Assembly (NCBI GenBank): GCA_035913795.1
Contig: JAMIIA010000174.1
Location: forward strand, 50,325-114,324
Origin: Bacteroidales bacterium
GTDB lineage: Bacteria > Bacteroidota > Bacteroidia > Bacteroidales > UBA10428
DNA: 64,000 nt
Reading direction: 5' to 3'
Both the position numbers and the translations under genes were made by a program. Below are positions 57,777-64,000 of the stretch, piece after piece; the first letter of the stretch is position 1, and each line of letters starts with the position of its first letter. The notes beneath the pieces were generated by a model that saw only the letters and a list, made by a program, of their open reading frames with translations, was not told where the DNA came from and made no database searches.

Positions 57777-58853
57777 ATGCTGAACCCCATACTTAAAAAC
57801 AAAAAATTTTCACTTGCCTATTTGTCGGCCTGGTTACTTATTGGGTTTACCCAGGTTGCCATTGTGTTGTACTTTTATCCGGGAAACCTGTGGGTATCGA
57901 TTGGCGAAAGTGCCATATTCAATTCGTTTTATGCCATAATCGGAATTGGTATCTGGTATCCGGTGTATTATACCGACCTTGAGAAAAACAAGATTACCAA
58001 TTTTATAACCAATCACCTGGCTTCAAGTTCGCTGGCCGTTGCTCTTTGGCTTTGGATGAGTTATTTGGTTTTAACGGGTCTGTTTAGTCAGCAGCCTGAT
58101 TATGTGCAGCACCTGCAAAATACACTGCCCTGGAGAATTGGCTTTGGTTTTCTTTTTTACATTTTATTGATATCAAACTATTACCTGCTTATCTATTATC
58201 AGAATTTTAAAGAAAAGCTTACCCGTGAGTCGGAGCTAAAAGCCCTTGTGAAGGAATCGGAATTAAATTCATTGAAAGCCCAGATTAATCCACATTTTTT
58301 ATTCAATAGCTTAAACTCCATTAGTTCACTTACCATGATCAGCCCTGAAAGAGCTCAGGAAATGGTGATCAACCTGTCGGAATTTTTGCGCTATTCGCTT
58401 TCTACCAAGAATGAAATTTTAACCAGTTTCGAAGACGAACTGAATAACATCGAACGCTATTTAAAAATCGAGAAAACTCGTTTTGGCAAACGCCTGCATG
58501 TTGAAAAACACATTTCGGGTAGCTCGCTTAAACTGGAGTTGCCTGGCCTGATTCTTCAACCAATTATTGAGAATGCTGTAAAATATGGTGTTTACGAAAG
58601 TATTGATCAATCAGAAATCTGCATAGAAAGCAGGCAAATTGACACTATGCTCGAAGTAATTGTGCGTAACGATTACGATCCGGAATTTTTGGTGAAAAAG
58701 GGAGCAGGCATTGGGCTGCGCAATGTAATGAGCCGAATGCGTATACTTTATGGTAGCGACGAACTGATGAAAGTAAATAAAACCGACAATAAATTCGAAA
58801 TAGTATTGCGTTTTCCGCAAGCAGGGCAAGGAAAACCGGCAATTGAATCTTAA
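57777..58853 (+). CDS. LytS/YpdA-type histidine kinase
   Basis: ELNSLKAQINPHFLFNSLNSI, LQPIIENAVKYG and GIGLRNV. Confidence 0.92.
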   Translation: MLNPILKNKKFSLAYLSAWLLIGFTQVAIVLYFYPGNLWVSIGESAIFNSFYAIIGIGIWYPVYYTDLEKNKITNFITNHLASSSLAVALWLWMSYLVLTGLFSQQPDYVQHLQNTLPWRIGFGFLFYILLISNYYLLIYYQNFKEKLTRESELKALVKESELNSLKAQINPHFLFNSLNSISSLTMISPERAQEMVINLSEFLRYSLSTKNEILTSFEDELNNIERYLKIEKTRFGKRLHVEKHISGSSLKLELPGLILQPIIENAVKYGVYESIDQSEICIESRQIDTMLEVIVRNDYDPEFLVKKGAGIGLRNVMSRMRILYGSDELMKVNKTDNKFEIVLRFPQAGQGKPAIES

Positions 58854-58864
58854 GCATAACATCC

Positions 58865-59623
58865 ATGGAAAAACTAAAGGTTGTAATTATCGAAGACGAA
58901 GAGTTGGGCCGCGAGGTAGTAAAAAATTACCTGAAAGAACTCAACACGGTGGAGCTTATTGCCGAATGTGAAAATGGGTTCGAAGGTGCAAAAACCATTA
59001 ACGAGCAAAAACCCGACCTGGTTTTTCTCGACATACAAATGCCTAAGTTGAATGGTTTTGAGATGCTTGAAATTATCGATGCTTCAACCCGACCCGAAAT
59101 AATATTTACCACGGCTTATAATCAATATGCCATTCAGGCTTTTGAGCTCAACGCCATCGATTACCTCTTAAAACCTTTTTCAAAAGAAAGATTTTTCGAA
59201 GCCGTTAGCAAAGCCATCGACCGCTATCGCTCCAAATCAGGTTCCATTCAGCCACCGGTCTATACGCAATTGACGCATCAACCTATTACTGAAACACTCG
59301 AAAGGGTGGTAGTAAAAAGCAACCACAAAATAAGTGTTATTCCGGTAAGCAAGATAAAATACCTCGAAGCGCAGGACGATTATGTAATGCTCTATACCAC
59401 CGAAGGTAAACACCTGAAACAGGGAACTATGAAATACTTCGAAGATAATCTCGACAGCAACGAGTTTCTTAGGGTGCACCGTTCCTATATTATTCGTATC
59501 GACCAGGTGAACCAACTCGAACCTTATGGAAAGGACAGCTATGTAGCGCGCCTGAAAGATGGTACAACAATAAAAATTAGCAAAAGCGGATTTAAAACCC
59601 TTAAGGAGAAGCTTAATTTCTAG
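58865..59623 (+). CDS. LytTR-family response regulator
   Basis: Receiver (IEDEE, FLDIQMP, TTAY, DYLLKP) plus LytTR domain (FLRVHRSYII). Confidence 0.95.
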   Translation: MEKLKVVIIEDEELGREVVKNYLKELNTVELIAECENGFEGAKTINEQKPDLVFLDIQMPKLNGFEMLEIIDASTRPEIIFTTAYNQYAIQAFELNAIDYLLKPFSKERFFEAVSKAIDRYRSKSGSIQPPVYTQLTHQPITETLERVVVKSNHKISVIPVSKIKYLEAQDDYVMLYTTEGKHLKQGTMKYFEDNLDSNEFLRVHRSYIIRIDQVNQLEPYGKDSYVARLKDGTTIKISKSGFKTLKEKLNF

Positions 59624-59776
59624 TCCCCTAAAATCGCTTTCGATTCAAAGAAAACGATCGAGTCTGTTGTAAAATACTTTTGCAGTTTTTTCCTCTAATA
59701 GAGGTATCTGCTTTTCGGCAACGAATGGTGAGCAAACTGTTTTTCATAATATTTATACTATAATCTATTATTTTTT

Positions 59777-59798
59777 TATCTTTGCATCGTTGTTGCAA
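59777..59798 (+). promoter_or_regulatory. -7 box with overlapping palindromic operator
   Basis: TATCTTTG (59777-59784) overlaps TTGCATC-gtt-GTTGCAA (59782-59798). Confidence 0.55.
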
Positions 59799-59817
59799 TT
59801 GAAATATATTTGCATTT

Positions 59818-60219
59818 ATGAAGGCAATAGATATAATAAATAGACATAATCTCAAACGTACAAGCTGCCGTGAAGGAATTATCGAAGTTGTAATGGCTTC
59901 TCAGCACGCACTCTCCGAAAATGAAATCAGGCAACTACTTGCTGGTAATTACGATCGTACAACTTTTTATCGTTCTTTCAAGACCCTTCAGCAGCATAAA
60001 ATTTTACATAAGATTGTTGTAGATAATCAACAGGTAAAGTACGCTCTCGATAATTCGGTGACACATAAAAAAGAACACGCACACTTCTATTGCAACGAAT
60101 GCCATTGTGTTCAATGCCTTGAATCGTGGCCGGTAAATAGGGTTAAGTTGCCCGAAGGATACGAAGAAGTTGAAACTGAAGTACTGGTCAAAGGAACATG
60201 TGCTGTTTGTAAGAAATAG
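59818..60219 (+). CDS. Fur-family regulator (Bacteroidota Zur-like)
   Basis: LKRTSCR, DRTTFYR, HAHFYCNEC and KGTCAVC. Confidence 0.88.
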   Translation: MKAIDIINRHNLKRTSCREGIIEVVMASQHALSENEIRQLLAGNYDRTTFYRSFKTLQQHKILHKIVVDNQQVKYALDNSVTHKKEHAHFYCNECHCVQCLESWPVNRVKLPEGYEEVETEVLVKGTCAVCKK

Positions 60220-60232
60220 AATACTATTCGGA

Positions 60233-60595
60233 TTGTTAAAGTTTAAAATACATATCGTAATTGCCTTATTGGGAATATTTACTTTTCCAATTGCCTTCCA
60301 ATCAATTCACATTATAGGGCATCATTCTCATGGCTTTATGGTAGACCAGCATATTTGCGGTACCAATGCAGTCGATGAGTGTGCTCAGGCGGAGGCAATA
60401 GATGGATCAGAAAAGGAGAATCAATGTCCTGTATGTACATATCAATTTGTAATAAAAAGCCTATCTGAGGCACCCTTTTTTACATCAATCTTGCCTGTAA
60501 GCCTTGGTTGGTTTAACGAAATAGTAATAATCCGAACTGACCTACCGGTATTTTCGAATAAATCTCCGCGAGCGCCGCCCTCTTTTACCTGTTGA
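60233..60595 (+). CDS. DUF2946/CruR-like upstream ORF with RAPP motif
   Basis: Probable TTG start; signal-like TM, HIIGHHSHG, CPVC and C-terminal SPRAPP. The ORF track starts at 60170. Confidence 0.7.
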   Translation: MLKFKIHIVIALLGIFTFPIAFQSIHIIGHHSHGFMVDQHICGTNAVDECAQAEAIDGSEKENQCPVCTYQFVIKSLSEAPFFTSILPVSLGWFNEIVIIRTDLPVFSNKSPRAPPSFTC

Positions 60596-60647
60596 TTCTG
60601 CTTTCCAGGTAATTTTTCATTTCTTTTTTTGGTTTAACTCAAATTAT

Positions 60648-63059
60648 ATGAGCAAAGTTTTCGTGCTTTTATTGAGCATGAATATCTTTTTAAGTCTGTC
60701 TTTCGGGCAAAATAAGTATTCTTTAAAAGGTGAGGTTGTTGATGAAAACAACCAGTCCCTAGCCGGAGCGTCTGTTTTTTTGTACCCGATAGCGGAAGGG
60801 TCGATTACCGACCAAAAGGGCAGTTTTTTTATTGGCAACCTCAAAAAGGGTGAATATAAAATCGAAATATCATTTATCGGATACAAAACGATAAGCGATA
60901 CTATTTTGATTAACGGAGAGATGACCTACAATGCCAAACTCAATGTTTCATTGGTTAATTTACAAGAAGTGGTTGTCACCGATCATTATGGTGAAAAGCG
61001 AAAAAAGGAAGAACCACTTAATATAGAAATTGTGAATGACGATTACCTGAAACAAAACCTTGGTGGTAGCCTCATGCAATCGCTGGAAAGGTTGCCAGGA
61101 GTTACCACCATTGATATTGGTTCCGGGCAGTCAAAGCCTGTAATCCGGGGACTGAGTTTTAACAGGGTGGTTGTAGTCGACAATGGTATTAAGCACGAAG
61201 CCCAGCAATGGGGTGCCGACCATGGACTTGAAATTGACCAGTATGCAGTTGATAATATCGAAATAATAAAGGGACCCGCTTCGCTCATGTATGGTTCAGA
61301 TGCCATTGGCGGAATAATTAACATGAAAAGCAGCGTTATTGTGCCAGAAGACTGTTTGGGTGGAACCATTGACTTGGTAGGGAAATCAAATAATAATTTG
61401 GTAGGTAGCTCTATTTTACTCTTTGGTAGAAAAAAATGGTTTTATGCCGATTTTCGAGCTACTTATATTTCCTATGGCGACTATAAAGCTCCGACCGATC
61501 ATGTCGATATTTACAATTACCCTGTTTATTTGTATAACAACCAATTACGAAATACCGCAGGCAAAGAGCAAAATCACCATTTATCGGTAGGAATACTTAA
61601 ACCAAAATTTCGAAGCAAATTTTACCTGAACAATGTTTACAACAAGAGTGGCTTTTTTGCCAATGCACATGGCTTAGAGCCCAAACAGGTTGATACAGTT
61701 TTGCACGACAAGTCAAGCCGCGATATCATTTATCCCTACCATCATGTAAACCATTTCAAAATCACCAATACAAGTGAATATAAATGGAGCAAAACAAAGC
61801 TTGAGGCCGATCTCGGTTTTCAGCAAAATTTCAGACAGGAATGGAGCCAATATGTTAGTCATGGATGGATGCCCGCTGTTTTTCCAGACACATTGAGTTT
61901 TGACCAAGATCTTGAGCGTCAGTTTAAGAAATATGTCTATTCAGGTAATGTAAAAATGAACCATGAACTGACTGGAAAAACAAATTTATTATTGGGGGTC
62001 AACAGCGAGTTTCAACAAAACCAGATCGATGGCCGTGCGTTTATCATACCCGCCTTTACTCAAATAAGCTTAGGCGGTTATGCACTTGCCAAACATTCCT
62101 TTTCTGGAAGAGCTATTTATCAAATGGGCATTCGTTACGATTATGGCAACATCAACACCGATGAATATTACGATTGGTTTCCATCGCAAGTGGTAATCGA
62201 TAATGACACTACGTATCAGTATTTACAAAGAGCAGATGATATTGATCGCGAATTTTCAGAAGTAACGTGGTCGGCAGGTTTTAATTACAATACCGAAAAA
62301 TGGTCGTTTAAAGGTAATTTGGGTAAAAGTTTTCGAATGCCAACGGCGAAAGAATTGGCTGCAAACGGCCCCGAATACCACATGTATATGTATGTGGTGG
62401 GCGATGCCAATTTGGCGCCAGAAAAAGCCAGTCAACTCGATTTAGGTGCAGAGTACAATTCATCTAAATTTGCCATAGGTATCACGCCCTTTGTCAATTA
62501 CTTTTCGAATTACATCTATCTAAACCCCACTTCCGATCACGATAGAAATAATGGTGCTGGCTTGCAGATATTTCGATACACACAAAGCAAAGTGTTTCGC
62601 TATGGTGGCGAAATTCATGCACACTATCAGTTACTAAAGCCATTGCAAATAGGTGTTATTGGTGAGTATGTTTATTCTGAACAACTATCTGGCGAAAAGA
62701 AAGGCTATACCCTGCCCTTTTCGCCTCCTGCTTCGGCTATTTTAAATGTTAAGTACCAAAGGCCAAAGATGGGTTTTATGGAAAACAACTATTTATCGGT
62801 TGATTACAGGCTAACTGCACCTCAAAACAATGTCGTTGCTCCCGAAGAACCCACCGATGGATATCAGGTAATAAACATTGGCTTGGGTGGAGATGTAAAA
62901 CTAAAAAGTCAAAGAGTGAACATCTCAATTCAGGTTCAAAACCTCCTTAACAACAAATACTTTAATCACACCAGCTATTACAGGCTAATTAACCTTCCAG
63001 AGCCGGGTAGAAATTTTATTGTCAATCTTTCAATACCCTTTACAGGAAAAATTAAATAA
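60648..63059 (+). CDS. TonB-dependent receptor (Zn/Ni/Co-uptake-type context)
   Basis: CarboxypepD_reg-like domain; KPVIRGL, QQWGADHG, NAHG..HD, NHTSYYR..PGRNF. Confidence 0.9.
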   Translation: MSKVFVLLLSMNIFLSLSFGQNKYSLKGEVVDENNQSLAGASVFLYPIAEGSITDQKGSFFIGNLKKGEYKIEISFIGYKTISDTILINGEMTYNAKLNVSLVNLQEVVVTDHYGEKRKKEEPLNIEIVNDDYLKQNLGGSLMQSLERLPGVTTIDIGSGQSKPVIRGLSFNRVVVVDNGIKHEAQQWGADHGLEIDQYAVDNIEIIKGPASLMYGSDAIGGIINMKSSVIVPEDCLGGTIDLVGKSNNNLVGSSILLFGRKKWFYADFRATYISYGDYKAPTDHVDIYNYPVYLYNNQLRNTAGKEQNHHLSVGILKPKFRSKFYLNNVYNKSGFFANAHGLEPKQVDTVLHDKSSRDIIYPYHHVNHFKITNTSEYKWSKTKLEADLGFQQNFRQEWSQYVSHGWMPAVFPDTLSFDQDLERQFKKYVYSGNVKMNHELTGKTNLLLGVNSEFQQNQIDGRAFIIPAFTQISLGGYALAKHSFSGRAIYQMGIRYDYGNINTDEYYDWFPSQVVIDNDTTYQYLQRADDIDREFSEVTWSAGFNYNTEKWSFKGNLGKSFRMPTAKELAANGPEYHMYMYVVGDANLAPEKASQLDLGAEYNSSKFAIGITPFVNYFSNYIYLNPTSDHDRNNGAGLQIFRYTQSKVFRYGGEIHAHYQLLKPLQIGVIGEYVYSEQLSGEKKGYTLPFSPPASAILNVKYQRPKMGFMENNYLSVDYRLTAPQNNVVAPEEPTDGYQVINIGLGGDVKLKSQRVNISIQVQNLLNNKYFNHTSYYRLINLPEPGRNFIVNLSIPFTGKIK

Positions 63060-63066
63060 ACTAAAA

Positions 63067-63531
63067 ATGTATAACAAACTAAATCTTAAAATTATGAACA
63101 GAAGTATTGTATTTCTTGCAGTTGTATTCACATCAGGGGTTCTTTTTACCGCATGTAATAAAGAGGAAACGCCAGCTAAACCGGTTATAAATATACTGGA
63201 GCTTGGTGAAGGAGACACGCACGGCAACGACTATACCGCTAAAATTGGAGGCGAGTTGCACATTGAGGCAGAAATTGTAGCCGAAGGAAAAATTGATAAA
63301 GTTAGTATCAGACTGCACCCCGAGGGAGAACATGAAGCGGAAGGTAGCCTTGATGAATGGGAATTGGACACCACTTACACCAAGTTTTCAGGATTAAAAA
63401 ACACCACTTTTCATGAACATGTTAAAATTGACACGACTGCCGAACCAGGCGAGTACCATTTTGATTTTGTGGTAACCGATATGGAAGGAAACCAAACTAG
63501 TGTAGAAGCTGATGTTTTGATTGTAGAGTAA
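63067..63531 (+). CDS. DUF4625 lipoprotein
   Basis: Lipobox FTAC; ELHIEAEI, FHEHVKI and GEYHFDFVVTD. Start may be 63094. Confidence 0.85.
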   Translation: MYNKLNLKIMNRSIVFLAVVFTSGVLFTACNKEETPAKPVINILELGEGDTHGNDYTAKIGGELHIEAEIVAEGKIDKVSIRLHPEGEHEAEGSLDEWELDTTYTKFSGLKNTTFHEHVKIDTTAEPGEYHFDFVVTDMEGNQTSVEADVLIVE

Positions 63532-63543
63532 TATTTTAACCAT

Positions 63544-63571
63544 ACCTGACAAGTTTTTAAACTTGTCAGGT
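63544..63571. repeat. REP-like palindrome
   Basis: ACCTGACAAGTTT tt AAACTTGTCAGGT; a degenerate relative lies near 35387-35415. Confidence 0.55.
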
Positions 63572-63585
63572 TACAATTTTTTTTT

Positions 63586-64000
63586 ATGAAAACATCCATA
63601 GTTACTTTTTTTCTTTTTTTACTATTCATCGGAATAATATCCTGCGAAAAAGACATTGACGATGAGAAACCGGTTATTAGTAATGATTTTACAGGTTCTT
63701 TTCCTGTAAACTGCGATACCTTGTATTTCGGCGAAACTTTCATTCTGAAGTTAAGATTTTCAGATAATTTTGAATTAGGCTCATTCAGTATGGATATTCA
63801 TAATAATTTTAACCATCATTCGCACAGCACAGAAGTATCGGAATGCAACCTCGGTCCGAAAAAAAGTCCTGTCAATCCTTACGTGTTTATTCAGGATTAT
63901 AGCATTCCCGAAGGCTTAAAAGAATACGAAACGAATGTTTCAATTGCTATTCCTTCGGCTAATAACAAGGGTACGTTTGATGAAGGGGATTATCATTTTT
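63586..64000 (+). CDS. Second DUF4625 lipoprotein (3'-partial)
   Basis: Hand translation: MKTSIVTFFLFLLFIGIISC EKDIDDEKPVI..DIHNNFNHHSHSTE..GDYHF, open to the window end. Confidence 0.85.
   Translation, partial: MKTSIVTFFLFLLFIGIISCEKDIDDEKPVISNDFTGSFPVNCDTLYFGETFILKLRFSDNFELGSFSMDIHNNFNHHSHSTEVSECNLGPKKSPVNPYVFIQDYSIPEGLKEYETNVSIAIPSANNKGTFDEGDYHF

Noticed and set aside
11186-63743. Numerous 60-205-aa ORFs overlapping or antisense to long genes (e.g. 16755-17372, 28763-29419, 53213-53752)
   Set aside because: Shadow ORFs of well-supported genes, with no independent motifs.
1-64000. CRISPR array, transposase, integron integrase or prophage genes
   Set aside because: No regularly spaced direct repeats and no DDE, Y1 or tyrosine-recombinase motifs in any listed ORF.

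Overview
64 kb of a Bacteroidota (probably Bacteroidales/Marinilabiliales-like) chromosome. The taxonomy is inferred from TAnnTTTG promoters, T9SS C-terminal sorting domains, TonB-dependent receptors and DUF4625 lipoproteins. There is no CRISPR array, rRNA, transposase or integrase. Left to right: the end of a Sua5 gene; a T9SS beta-propeller; an AT-rich run of co-oriented small genes (DUF1905, zf-TFIIB, hipBST, MNT-HEPN) separated by attC-like imperfect inverted repeats; a Fur-family gene with a QueD-like gene; a CotH-kinase T9SS protein; a carboxylate-uptake locus (Cache-PAS-PAS-CBS-DUF294 membrane nucleotidyltransferase, metallophosphoesterase, DUF485, ActP, DcaP-like porin); two TPR sensors; a 2,500-aa subtilase; DUF4395 with an internally duplicated SufS-like enzyme; a GntR/ABC operon; a metal-uptake TBDR locus; housekeeping genes (comF-like, osmC-like, Crp/Fnr, zupT, DEAD helicase, apt, cobB, dnaG, CDF); tRNA-Val(GAC); a LiaF-LytS-LytTR operon; and a Fur/RAPP-uORF/TBDR/DUF4625 locus. 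Best leads: (1) a receptor nucleotidyltransferase beside an acetate-transport operon, with a candidate eraser; (2) an integrase-less cassette array with non-canonical attC geometry; (3) a SufS-like protein whose two modules carry complementary motifs, suggesting a single-chain pseudo-dimer; (4) putative metal-responsive arrest-peptide uORFs. All family assignments come from motif recognition by eye; no database was searched.
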